From sequence record SRR31156797_5308: DNA of 64,000 nt; one strand, written 5' to 3'. Position numbers and translations under genes: made by a program. A model generated the notes under the pieces. It ran no database searches and was not told the DNA's origin. It was given only the letters and a program-made list of their open reading frames with translations. Below, one piece after another: positions 34,801 to 43,779 of this stretch. The number at the start of each line of letters is the position of its first letter. Positions within the stretch are counted from its first letter, which is position 1.

Positions 34801-35451
34801 ATCTGGCGCTTTGTTCAAAGAAACAGTGGTTGGCATTGCATGATCCACCGAGGAATCGCCCAGCAAGGAACCTTCCAGAAAGCGTGTCAGTAAGGTGATC
34901 GGTTGTTCGACTTGCAAGGCACGCTCTAGAAGTTCTAGTTCAAATCGTTGAAAAATTATCGCTAATTCACTGTATTTTTTTTCTTCGTCTTGGGTTGCGC
35001 TTGGTGCAGCACCACCTGCTAATAAATCTTCGATCCCCAATCGACTTGTATGCATTTCTTGATAGAAAGCCAACAATTGTTGGATAAAACCCGCTTTGTT
35101 GATCTCACCACGGTATAAGACGAGTTCTTCTTCTAGTTCCAAAAGCAGCTTACGCATGATCATGGAGGCACCATTTTCAGTGATGGCATTTTGAGAAAGC
35201 AAGCCGGTTTGCTGCAGATAAAACCAAGCCAAACGGTGAAAACTATACACTTGCGCGCGAATAGAAGCAAAATCTTCTACGCGATCCTCTTTCAGTAATT
35301 GAAGGATCTCGCGCTCTCGTTCAAATTTGTTGTAGTTAGGTACCAGGAAAAATACTTCTTGATGGTCTTTTTCTAACCAGCTTTTTGCATTTTCTATCAC
35401 TGCTTGATCATGACGACAACGGCCATCGCCAAGAATAAATCGTAAACTCAT
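31834..35451 (-). CDS. addB: Helicase/nuclease subunit B (AddB/RexB)
   Basis: GKIDRVD..DYKS nuclease, Fe-S Cys (FYQC...CEFCPFRSIC); start MSLRFI. Confidence 0.95.
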   Translation of the reverse strand: MSLRFILGDGRCRHDQAVIENAKSWLEKDHQEVFFLVPNYNKFEREREILQLLKEDRVEDFASIRAQVYSFHRLAWFYLQQTGLLSQNAITENGASMIMRKLLLELEEELVLYRGEINKAGFIQQLLAFYQEMHTSRLGIEDLLAGGAAPSATQDEEKKYSELAIIFQRFELELLERALQVEQPITLLTRFLEGSLLGDSSVDHAMPTTVSLNKAPDLSHALFIISGFSAFSTQEQQLIQVLMKRSHVVIDLILDRGYPQEMPTPLNLFYEAGRTYYQLISSARDNQVNIYLDQKLSVNQEVDKEDEGSIPQAYKEVETFWRQTQSQANYHQQTSVKDFLAVWKVGNPEEEIRQIAASIRGRMSDKKRYPTLRYRDIQLLIAEPEVYHQYIPKIFTEFEIPFYIDEEQMMAQHPLVEFLNAFFACQSYGFRLNDILRLLRTELYLPAAYRSEADWLVGRDQFRKLVDITENKALAHDFQGASWTRNEDWELIEYLQSEEEAVDKVDLTAYTNQLRRAFKQDVVDTLDWLTAARTNRDAVELLYRFLLNAGVEQQLRHWRDQAIQQGKLDQARNHEQAWQALMDLLDEYATIYGDEPFDFALFEDVLLTGLENVTFGKIPTAIDQVNINRLDLARPKQAKITFAPGLNETALPRKMENKTLLTNEERQHFNQLFNGEKYLRDTVVEGSVKEPFAFYSVLLSATEHLSLSYAVNFDTQQNIKMSPYLDRVVKHLDVPLQERGILTLVSDPRDYVGSYRGLIYQINNLSQQAQKNKENLPRVWEQLKQALLRSEWTDLAAQVFESQTHQNIPIPLSQAQAAALYGPSIYSSISQMETFYQCEYKYFVSYGLRLKEREVYGLNPAMTGEFFHDALDRFVKVLIAENISLTQLTADQRVQFVEVVLQEIFGESRYRLLTSSARMNFIRYQLGKTIQRVAWALAKQGQKMHFSPEKTEVLFGQIAGSNGINGIELPLSSGGKLHVRGKIDRVDTAKTEEEQWLSVVDYKSSSRDFDLSEAYYGLAMQLITYLDVALTDAVQLVGSPKVRPAGAYYLHVHNPLLDGQEASEEERLKRFKYDGLFIDEPAVFPLLDEEVEASKNSPVFPVRKDKNGNYQKTTQAKNKFYTEEELELLRKHNRKNMQQSGEKLLSGEIALNPSYKLKDKKRACEFCPFRSICDFDVLLKENEYHRLENLSKDEIIHRLREEEDE

Positions 35452-35575
35452 GAAAGGACTCCTTCTCTCCATCGTCTTTTAAAAAAATCCACTAAAAAAT
35501 CAGCGACACGCTTTTTCGAATGCGTCTTTATTTTTAAGAGACTCTCCTTAAAAACAAAATAACAATCGCAGAATT

Positions 35576-36124
35576 TCATTCTTTGCCTACCATACCAAAA
35601 TCGGCAATTGGCCAGAAAACAAATTTTACATCCCCCAAAATTGTTGATTCATCGATCAGACCTAATTGACGACTATCTTTGGAAATTCGACGGTTATCCC
35701 CTAACACTAAAATTTGACCTTCAGGAATGACTTCAACACCAAATAACCCCATATCAAAATCACTAGTCAACGGAAAGCCATCTGCGACAGCTGCTTTGAA
35801 TTCATCCAAGTAGGGTTCATCATATGCTTGTCCATTGATATAAAGGGTATCGTTTTGATAGGAAACCTGGTCGCCAGGTAATCCGATTACGCGTTTGATA
35901 TAGTTTTTGCCTGCTTCATCCGGTGCTTCAAACGTTATGATATCGAAACGTTCGATCTCGGTATTTTTCAAAGCAATCACCCGCTCACCATCATGTAATG
36001 TGGGGTCCATCGAATCTCCTTTTACGATCACAGGGGTAAAGACATACTGTCTTAATAACAATAGGAATAAAGTAAAGATCACGACAAATCCTACTGTTTT
36101 TAAAAGCTCTTTTACTTGTTGCAC
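35576..36124 (-). CDS. lepB: Signal peptidase I
   Basis: GDSMDPTL, YIKRVIGLPGD, GDNRRISKDSR. Confidence 0.95.
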   Translation of the reverse strand: MQQVKELLKTVGFVVIFTLFLLLLRQYVFTPVIVKGDSMDPTLHDGERVIALKNTEIERFDIITFEAPDEAGKNYIKRVIGLPGDQVSYQNDTLYINGQAYDEPYLDEFKAAVADGFPLTSDFDMGLFGVEVIPEGQILVLGDNRRISKDSRQLGLIDESTILGDVKFVFWPIADFGMVGKE

Positions 36125-36168
36125 GCGTCCCTCACTCCTTGAATGTTTTAACTATATTTTCCAAGAAT

Positions 36169-36182
36169 CGAACAAACATTCT
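36169..36182. promoter_or_regulatory. LexA box at the start of the lepB-addBA transcript
   Basis: CGAACAAACATTCT, just downstream of an extended -10 TGgTAGAAT (- strand, 36192-36200). Confidence 0.65.
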
Positions 36183-36339
36183 TATTTTTCTATTCTACCA
36201 TAAAATGAAAGGAGCAGGACATCTCCTCTCTGGTTCTTTATGAAAATTTGGGGAATCATTGGACTTGCGTATGAATTGTCATCTTATCTAATCCGTGCTC
36301 CGGTTGAAATAGAACCCATTATTGAAAGGAAGTGCCAAA

Positions 36340-37791
36340 ATGAACCAACAGTTACCACAAGTGCCCACGAAGTTATTGATTGACGGAAAATGGCTTGAAG
36401 GAACAAAAGAGTCGGTTTCGGTTACCAATCCTGCCACTAATGAAGAACTGGTAAAAGTCAGCCAAGGAGGCATCGATGAAACAAAGCAAGCGATCGATGC
36501 CGCCGCGAAAGCCTTCACAGATTGGTCAAAACGTTCGCCTCGAGAACGAGCCGATTTGATGAACAAGATTGCTGATTTAATGGAACAAGAAAGCGACCGT
36601 TTGGCAAAAATTATGAGCATGGAACAAGGAAAACCATTAAAGGAGGCAGAGGCAGAAATCCAATCCAACGTAGACAATTTCCGTTGGAATGCCGCCGAAG
36701 CACAACGGGTCTACGGCGAAGTGATTCCAGCTCCTGCACACAATCATTGGCTGGTGCGAAAAGAAGCCATCGGTGTTGTTGGTGCGATCACGCCTTGGAA
36801 CTTTCCTTCCAATATGATTGCTCGAAAAATCGCTCCTGCCATGGCAGTTGGCTGTACCCTTGTTATGAAACCATCTAAAGAAACACCCCTATCAGCATTG
36901 GCTTTAGGTGAACTTTTTCAACAAGCGGGCCTTCCTGACGGAGTCGTCAATATCGTCTTAGGGGATTCTTCTGAAATCGGGAAAGAATTGACTGAGAACA
37001 AACAAGTCAAAAAAATCACCTTTACCGGCTCCACGAAAGTTGGGATGAAATTATACGAACAAGCTGCACCAACTCTGAAAAAAGTTTCATTGGAGTTAGG
37101 CGGCCATGCCCCGTTTCTTGTTTTTGCTGATGCTGATTTAGATTTAGCTGCTGAAAAATTAATTGCAGCAAAATTCCGCAACAACGGTCAGGTCTGTACA
37201 TCCCCCAATCGAATTTTTGTCGAAGAATCCATCAAAGAAGCCTTTACTAAAAAGCTATTAGGGCAAATGGAAGCCGTAACTGTTGGTAATGGTTTAGAGA
37301 ACCCCACCGTTGGTCCTTTGATCAATCAAGCAAGCGTTAAAAAAATCATCGACCAGCTGGAAGACGCGGTAAATAAAGGGGCTAAAGTCTTATTCGGTGG
37401 GAAGAAGCTTACTGAAGGTGAATACGAAAAAGGCAACTTCTTTGCACCAACGGTCATCGACGGCATCACTCCTGACATGACTATTTACTATGAAGAAACC
37501 TTTGGACCCGTGATTCCATTGATCTCATTTACGGATCGACAAGCAGTCATCGCTGCGGCAAATGATACGGAATTTGGATTAGCCTCTTACTTCTTTTCAA
37601 CGAATCTGCAAACAATCTCGGATGTAGCCCAAAACCTCCAATATGGGATGGTTGGGGTCAATGACATTGCGATCTCAAACCCGGCGGCTCCCTTCGGCGG
37701 CGTCAAACATTCCGGTTTTGGTCGTGAAAACGGCAAATATGGTCCTGAAGAATACGTGACTGTCAAATTTATCGCCATTGATGCCCAGTAA
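36340..37791 (+). CDS. gabD: NAD(P)-dependent succinate-semialdehyde dehydrogenase family
   Basis: ITPWNFP, FTGST, LELGGHAP, GQVC, EETFGP, FGGVKHSG. Confidence 0.85.
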   Translation: MNQQLPQVPTKLLIDGKWLEGTKESVSVTNPATNEELVKVSQGGIDETKQAIDAAAKAFTDWSKRSPRERADLMNKIADLMEQESDRLAKIMSMEQGKPLKEAEAEIQSNVDNFRWNAAEAQRVYGEVIPAPAHNHWLVRKEAIGVVGAITPWNFPSNMIARKIAPAMAVGCTLVMKPSKETPLSALALGELFQQAGLPDGVVNIVLGDSSEIGKELTENKQVKKITFTGSTKVGMKLYEQAAPTLKKVSLELGGHAPFLVFADADLDLAAEKLIAAKFRNNGQVCTSPNRIFVEESIKEAFTKKLLGQMEAVTVGNGLENPTVGPLINQASVKKIIDQLEDAVNKGAKVLFGGKKLTEGEYEKGNFFAPTVIDGITPDMTIYYEETFGPVIPLISFTDRQAVIAAANDTEFGLASYFFSTNLQTISDVAQNLQYGMVGVNDIAISNPAAPFGGVKHSGFGRENGKYGPEEYVTVKFIAIDAQ

Positions 37792-37829
37792 GAAAAAAAG
37801 TCAGGCGCGTTTGCCTGACTTTTTTCTTA
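37789..37829 (+). terminator. Terminator after gabD
   Basis: AAAAAAGTCAGGC-gcgttt-GCCTGACTTTTTT. Confidence 0.85.
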
Positions 37830-37843
37830 CAAAGCATTTTGTT

Positions 37844-37860
37844 TTACTAACATTAAGTAA
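37844..37860. promoter_or_regulatory. YodB-type operator over the nitroreductase -35
   Basis: TTACT-N7-AGTAA; promoter TTTACT(37843-37848)-17bp-TATACT(37866-37871). Confidence 0.6.
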
Positions 37861-37903
37861 GAATGTATACTTCATTCTATGACAATAGAAAAGGTGGAAT
37901 ACT

Positions 37904-38500
37904 ATGACAAAATTTCTTGATACGATCAAACAGCGCCGTTCAATCTATGGATTAGGCAAAGATGTTTCACTCTCAGATACAGAAATCGAAGCCATCGTGA
38001 AAGAAGCAGTAAAAAACAGTCCAACTGCTTTTAACGCACAATCGCCACGTGCCGTGATTTTATTTGGCGATGCCCACGAAAAATTATGGACGTTAACGGA
38101 GGTTGCTTTAGAACCATTGACACCACCGGAGGCGTTTGAAGCAACGAAACAAAAACTTGCTGGCTTTAAAGCAGGTTATGGAACCGTTCTATTCTTTATT
38201 CACACAGATACCGTTAAGAACTTGCAAGACCAATTTGCCCTTTATGCAGATAACTTCCCGGTCTGGGCAGAACAATCGAATGGGATTGCCCAAGCGAATG
38301 TTTGGGTAGCTTTAGAAGAAGCCGGATTAGGCGCCAACTTACAACATTATAATCCAGTAATTGATGATGCTGTTGTAGCTGAATGGTCAATTCCTGAAAA
38401 TTGGCAGCTGCGGGCCCAATTAGTTTTTGGTTCAAAACAAAGCGAACCAAATGAAAAAGAATTTTTAAATGATGACGAACGTTTCCGCGTTTTCCATTAA
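37904..38500 (+). CDS. Nitroreductase family (Frm2/Hbn1-like)
   Basis: RRSIY, SPTAFNAQ, GLGANLQHYNP, AQLVFG. Confidence 0.9.
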   Translation: MTKFLDTIKQRRSIYGLGKDVSLSDTEIEAIVKEAVKNSPTAFNAQSPRAVILFGDAHEKLWTLTEVALEPLTPPEAFEATKQKLAGFKAGYGTVLFFIHTDTVKNLQDQFALYADNFPVWAEQSNGIAQANVWVALEEAGLGANLQHYNPVIDDAVVAEWSIPENWQLRAQLVFGSKQSEPNEKEFLNDDERFRVFH

Positions 38501-38567
38501 AAACGATTCCCGATTTTAAAAAAAAGACCCTTGATTACGGCCACATACGGCAGCAATCAAGGGTCTT

Positions 38568-39062
38568 TTAGTCATTTTTTCCTTGATCATGATCGACCAG
38601 AATATCGATCGGTGTTCCTTCATTCAAGTGCTCCGACAAAAAAACCACCAATTCAGCTAACGGTTGTTTGAATTTCATTAATGGTCCCCGCATCCCTTTT
38701 CGAAAATAGTTCATCTTGATGGGCTGCCCTTCCTTTTCTTGAAATAATACGACCCGATCAATGTCTTGGTACAGTACCCCTTTAATACTCATTGGATGGA
38801 CAATAATTCGATCTAGGGCTAACCCGCGGCTGTCTAGCACAAAGCTTAAAAAGACAAAACCTGAAACGATTCCTCGCACCTGATTATCCAATTGGTCATC
38901 CATCATCAACATGGATAGGATAATCATTACTGAAAAGATCGTAATAGCGATTTTGCTTAGTTTGCGCTCAACAGCAATAAAGTGAATCTCTTTGCGTACC
39001 ACCAATAAATAGAGGTACAAAACGATCGTAAAGGCACACATCAATAGCGTTAACCCACTCAT
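38568..39062 (-). CDS. Hypothetical membrane protein (3 TM plus soluble C-terminal domain)
   Basis: GGAG RBS; hydrophobic N-half. Confidence 0.7.
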   Translation of the reverse strand: MSGLTLLMCAFTIVLYLYLLVVRKEIHFIAVERKLSKIAITIFSVMIILSMLMMDDQLDNQVRGIVSGFVFLSFVLDSRGLALDRIIVHPMSIKGVLYQDIDRVVLFQEKEGQPIKMNYFRKGMRGPLMKFKQPLAELVVFLSEHLNEGTPIDILVDHDQGKND

Positions 39063-39199
39063 AAAACTCTCCGTTCTGTTTTCTTTTCCCTATTTTACCA
39101 AAAAATGATCTGTTACAAAAGGCTTAGCCTATTTCCTAGGTTTTTTGATATCTATTTTCACCAGAATTCGGTACAATAAGAAAAAAAGGAGGAATTATC

Positions 39200-39727
39200 A
39201 TGAATGCATTTTTTGATAAATTACAACGCTATGACTTGCTTCGTGCCGTCGTATATATCGTCTTCGGCTTCATTATCTTGATTGCACCACGATCTGTTTT
39301 CAACACGATCGTTTATCTCGTTGCCGGATACATCGCATGTCTAGGGATCATCAGCTTGTATACGAGCTACAAAGAAAAACAAAAGGGCTATCGCAATGTG
39401 CAGTCGGTCTCTGGTATCTTACTGTTGATTGCTGCAGCTGCGATTTTAGTTTTTGCCAAAGGATTACTTGCCATCGTGCCATTTTTCTTAGGGATCATGA
39501 TCACCATCAGCGGATGCACCCGCTTAATGGCAAGCTTTAACCAAAAACGCATTGGTTTACCTTACATCACGAGCTTAATCATCAGTCTTTTGATTATTGC
39601 TGCTGGACTCGTTCTCGTATTGAATCCATTCGCCACTTGGCTACTGTTCTTCCAAATTTTTGGCGGTATCTTGATTTTCATGGGGGCATCCGACGCTATT
39701 AATCATTTTCAACGAAAAAGAGCCTAA
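39200..39727 (+). CDS. HdeD/DUF308-family membrane protein
   Basis: Six hydrophobic segments with repeated G..LVLNPF pattern; AAGGAGG RBS. Confidence 0.78.
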   Translation: MNAFFDKLQRYDLLRAVVYIVFGFIILIAPRSVFNTIVYLVAGYIACLGIISLYTSYKEKQKGYRNVQSVSGILLLIAAAAILVFAKGLLAIVPFFLGIMITISGCTRLMASFNQKRIGLPYITSLIISLLIIAAGLVLVLNPFATWLLFFQIFGGILIFMGASDAINHFQRKRA

Positions 39728-39847
39728 TAAATGAGAATGTTTTAAAATTTTCTACGAATCTAACATCTACATGTAGACTTTTCCCGCTATTCCTTTTAAA
39801 ATAGGAGATATCAAACAGTCAGTCCATTGAGAGGCGGGAGGTGCGAC

Positions 39848-40291
39848 ATGAAGAAAATTAAGCAAGAAGCAAAACATCCAAATGATGTGCCGGTAATTTT
39901 TTTGACCGATGCAACTGGCAAAGTCGTACGAAAAATCTCGATCAATGAGTGGCGTGCGTTAAAAGCGAATCCAGAACAAATCGAAGAACTCGATATCAAA
40001 TTGTATCGTGAAGCGATCAGTTTCTATCTTCAAGAAGACTATGCGAAAGCAAAAGATCTCTTGCACTTCTTGATCAATAAAACGGACTATAGTCATTACG
40101 AATATGTTGAACGATTAGCCAATATCTATCGCATCGAAAATCGTCCTGCTAAAGAAAAAGTCCTATTGCTGACTGCTTATCATGCAATCAAACCGTTAGA
40201 ATCCTCTGAAGGAATTCTAAGAAGGATCGAAAATCGATTACAAAAAATCGATGCCTTTGATTTTCCAACTTCGACACAATTCAGTCATTAA
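39848..40291 (+). CDS. Hypothetical protein with TPR-like helices
   Basis: GGAGG RBS then MKKIKQE; LYREAISFYLQEDYAKA..YVERLANIY. Confidence 0.7.
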   Translation: MKKIKQEAKHPNDVPVIFLTDATGKVVRKISINEWRALKANPEQIEELDIKLYREAISFYLQEDYAKAKDLLHFLINKTDYSHYEYVERLANIYRIENRPAKEKVLLLTAYHAIKPLESSEGILRRIENRLQKIDAFDFPTSTQFSH

Positions 40292-40322
40292 AAAAGCAGC
40301 TATCTTTCGATAGCCGCTTTTT

Positions 40323-42260
40323 TTATGCTTCTGGCAGTTTACGCAAAAGACGTAACCCGTTAAACAATACGATCAATGTACTGCCTTCATGGGCAAATAC
40401 CCCCAACCCAATGTTCATCATGCCGAATAGATTCAAGCCGACTAATAACGCGACGATAAACATGGAGAAAAAAATATTTTGCCAAATGATCCGATCCATC
40501 TTCTTCGCTAAGCGATAGGCATATGCAAAACGCGAAAGATCATTCTTCATGATCACTGCGTCTCCTACTTCAATCGCAACATCTGACCCTTCCCCCATCG
40601 CAAAGCCGATGTCTGCTTGAACAAGTGCAGGGGCATCATTGATACCATCACCCACCATGGCGGTTTGTCCGTATGCTTCTTGGAGTGCTCGTACCGCTTC
40701 CGCTTTGTTCTCAGGCAAAACATTGGCAGCCACTTGGTCAACCTTTAAGCGCTGACCGATTGCTTCACCAGCAGAAGCACTGTCTCCGGTGATCATAACA
40801 GTATGGATACCTTCATTTTTCAAATAATGAATCACAGAAGCTGCCTGTTCGTTCGGCTCATCCATCAATGCGATGATCGCCGTAACCTCTTCGTTGATGG
40901 AAAACACGACCATTGTTTTTCCTTGCGCTTCCAATTGACGGTACTGTTGCTCCATCAAACCTGTTAACTGGGTGTTTTCGGTTCTTTTTCCTAATCGATA
41001 GGTTTTTGTTCCTGCGACGGCACCTAAACCGGAACCAATCTCGTTTGTGACAGTCAACTGTTCGATTTCTCGTATTTTCTCTGTCTTCTCGAAATAAGTA
41101 ACGATCGCATCTGCTAATGGGTGGTTGGCTTGCTTTTCCATCGAAACGATGACCGCTGCTGCCTCTGCTCGATCGATCGTATCAACGAAAACGGCTTCCG
41201 TGACTGTAGGTTTTCCGACGGTCAAAGTTCCCGTTTTGTCAAAAGCCACCGCTTTGATCTGAGCGAAATTGGTCAAGTAATTGCTCCCTTTAAAAAGAAT
41301 CCCTTTTTTCGCTAGATTCGAGATCGCCGATAAACTAGCAGGGACGGCGCTTGCCGCTAAAGCACAAGGAGAAGCCGCAATCATCATTACGATCCCACGA
41401 TAAAAACTTGTATACCAATCCCAACCAAAGAGAAACGGTGCAGTCAAAATGAACAAAGGAACTGCAATGAAAACAACTGTTACATAGATTGGTTCGATTT
41501 TTTTGATTCGTGTTTCGGTCGGTGATTGATTTGATTGCGCCGCTTCCACCACTGAAAGAATTTTTGCGAAGACTGTTTCAGAGCTGTCTTTCGTGACTTC
41601 CATCAAAAATGTGCCGTTTCCATTAATCGTACTCCCATAGACTTCGTCTCCTGTAGTCTTTTCTCGAGGAATACTTTCCCCATTGATCGAAGCTTCATTG
41701 ATGGCACTCGTTCCAGAAAGGATTACGCCATCTGTTGCTAACTGATCACCAGGTAGCACTTGCAAAATATCTCCTTTTTTTATCTCAGAAGCGGCAATTT
41801 TTTGGGTTTTCCCATCCGGACCCATCAAACGGGCTTCCGTGGGATTCAATTTGAGAAGATTGGTGATTTCTCTTCGACTTTGTCCCTCGGCGTATTCTTC
41901 TAAGAAGTGAGCGCCTGCAAAAATCAAAATCAACAAAGCTGCTTCATTAAAATTTCCTATGACCATGGAACCAATCGCTGCCAACAACATCAAAAGATGT
42001 ACATTCGGTGTGAATCGCCGATTGGCTCTGGTACTCTTTATGGTATCCTCGATTCCTTCCCACGAAATGTGATAACCTGCTAATAAAACCGCAGCAAAAT
42101 AAAACCCATCTTTCACCCATTGGTTCGGAACAAAAAGTGCCAGTATAAAGAGCAGTAAGCCTACAAAATAAATGTTACGTGGGAGAGTCCCATGATCGTG
42201 AGTATGAGAATGCCCCTCCGTTTTTGTGTGATCATGTTGACAAGTATGTTCAGCCATCAT
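40323..42260 (-). CDS. Heavy-metal P1B-type ATPase (SPC motif, P1B-4-like)
   Basis: His-rich N-terminus, ASPCAL, DKTGT, HP, GDGINDAP, HEGST. Confidence 0.92.
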   Translation of the reverse strand: MMAEHTCQHDHTKTEGHSHTHDHGTLPRNIYFVGLLLFILALFVPNQWVKDGFYFAAVLLAGYHISWEGIEDTIKSTRANRRFTPNVHLLMLLAAIGSMVIGNFNEAALLILIFAGAHFLEEYAEGQSRREITNLLKLNPTEARLMGPDGKTQKIAASEIKKGDILQVLPGDQLATDGVILSGTSAINEASINGESIPREKTTGDEVYGSTINGNGTFLMEVTKDSSETVFAKILSVVEAAQSNQSPTETRIKKIEPIYVTVVFIAVPLFILTAPFLFGWDWYTSFYRGIVMMIAASPCALAASAVPASLSAISNLAKKGILFKGSNYLTNFAQIKAVAFDKTGTLTVGKPTVTEAVFVDTIDRAEAAAVIVSMEKQANHPLADAIVTYFEKTEKIREIEQLTVTNEIGSGLGAVAGTKTYRLGKRTENTQLTGLMEQQYRQLEAQGKTMVVFSINEEVTAIIALMDEPNEQAASVIHYLKNEGIHTVMITGDSASAGEAIGQRLKVDQVAANVLPENKAEAVRALQEAYGQTAMVGDGINDAPALVQADIGFAMGEGSDVAIEVGDAVIMKNDLSRFAYAYRLAKKMDRIIWQNIFFSMFIVALLVGLNLFGMMNIGLGVFAHEGSTLIVLFNGLRLLRKLPEA

Positions 42261-42285
42261 TAAAACCTCCTCTAGTCCATCTGTC

Positions 42286-42345
42286 ATATGAACGATCAAT
42301 CATATTTATAGACTTATTATATATGAATAAACAATCATATGTCAA
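42286..42345 (-). promoter_or_regulatory. ATPase promoter with two ArsR/SmtB (CzrA-like) operators
   Basis: ATATGA-N8-TCATAT at 42286-42305 and 42321-42340; TTGACA(42340-42345)-18bp-TATAAT(42316-42321) on the - strand. Confidence 0.75.
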
Positions 42346-42441
42346 CCGAAAGAAGTTTTTCTTGTGAAATGTAAGCGTTTTGGGTTTTGTGATTCCTTAT
42401 GGCATGCTAGAATAAACTTAGGAGAGAAAGGAGTGTTGGTT

Positions 42442-43779
42442 ATGAGAACATTTACTGGCGGTATTTCACTAAGTCCCCCATTAAAAATGTTAAAAGAAAA
42501 ATTAATGATCGAACAAGATGAAATTCTTACCTTTTCACCCACGATGGTCTTTATCCCTTTAGCACAACATATTGGTGCTCCGGTGGAACCGATTGTTTCC
42601 GTTGGTGATTACGTCAAGCAAGGGCAAGTGATCGCTGAGTCTGATGCGTTTGTATCTGCCAAAATTCATGCATCTGTTTCGGGTAAAATCGTCGACATGG
42701 TCGATTGGCCGAATCAAAACAATGAAGAAGGAAAAACCATCATCATTGAAAATGATTATGCTTATCAAAATGATTTTTTGTCAGCCCCCTTCGACTGGCA
42801 ATCTGCTGCTAACGAAACCATCCTCAACAAAATCCGTCAAGGCGGCGTCGCCGGCAAAGGCGGTGCAACGTTTCCCACCCATGTCAAATTCAGTATTGAT
42901 GAAACCAAAAAAATCCATACTTTGATCTTAAATGGTTCTGAATGTGAACCGTTCTTACGCAGTGATGCTTTCTTAATGCAAAAAGAAGCCCAGAAAATCA
43001 TTCACGGTGCAAAGATTGCCCAAAAGTTACTGGATGGTCCAAAAATCATAATAGGCATCGAAGATGACAAACCAAGAGCCATTTCAGCCATGCAAGCCGC
43101 AAGTGCAGAGGATGACACGATAGAAGTCGTTACTGTCCCAACTGTTTATCCAACCGGTGGTGAAAAGCAGTTAGTAGAGTTATTGACCGATCAAGAGGTG
43201 CCGTTAGGTGGTTTGACTGCCGATATCGGTATCGTCTTGATCAATGTTGCCACCAGCTTTGCCATCGGCGAAGCGGTCTGTTATGACAAACCGTTGATTG
43301 AACGCTATACAACCGTTACCGGCGATGTTCAAAATCCCTGCATCGTCAAAAATCCGTTAGGAACACTCGCAGGAGAATTGATCGACTTTGCCGGCGGCTT
43401 TCAAGGAGCCCCCAGCAAATTGATTCTTGGTGGACCAATGATGGGAAAATCCGTCAAAACCTTGAAAGTTCCGGTCACCAAAGGCAGCAACGGCATCGTT
43501 GTTTTTAATGAAGAAACCGATTGGCTCTATGCCGAAAACCCCTGTATTCGCTGCAACAAATGTGTCGAAGCTTGTCCAATGCGCCTCATGCCAATGGAGA
43601 TCGATCAGTTTTATCGAGCGGGGGATTATCAAAAGTGTGAAGAATTATTGGCAGAAGCATGTATCAATTGTGGTGCCTGTACCTTCGTCTGCCCAGCTAA
43701 ACGTTCCTTAGCTGCCAATATCACTGCCGCAAAAGGCAAAGTTGCCCAGTTGCAAAAGGAGGCGAAGGAAAGTGCCTGA
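42442..43779 (+). CDS. rnfC: RnfC/RsxC-family NADH-oxidising FMN / 2x[4Fe-4S] subunit
   Basis: QHIGAP, IHASVSG, GKGGATFPTH, NGSECEP, YPTGGE, GGPMMG, CIRCNKCVEACP and CINCGACTFVCP; start MRTF after AAGGAG. Confidence 0.93.
   Translation: MRTFTGGISLSPPLKMLKEKLMIEQDEILTFSPTMVFIPLAQHIGAPVEPIVSVGDYVKQGQVIAESDAFVSAKIHASVSGKIVDMVDWPNQNNEEGKTIIIENDYAYQNDFLSAPFDWQSAANETILNKIRQGGVAGKGGATFPTHVKFSIDETKKIHTLILNGSECEPFLRSDAFLMQKEAQKIIHGAKIAQKLLDGPKIIIGIEDDKPRAISAMQAASAEDDTIEVVTVPTVYPTGGEKQLVELLTDQEVPLGGLTADIGIVLINVATSFAIGEAVCYDKPLIERYTTVTGDVQNPCIVKNPLGTLAGELIDFAGGFQGAPSKLILGGPMMGKSVKTLKVPVTKGSNGIVVFNEETDWLYAENPCIRCNKCVEACPMRLMPMEIDQFYRAGDYQKCEELLAEACINCGACTFVCPAKRSLAANITAAKGKVAQLQKEAKESA

Noticed and set aside
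42362-42379. Possible Rex operator (TTGTGAA...) upstream of rnfC
   Set aside because: Only a half site; there is no matching TTCACAA arm
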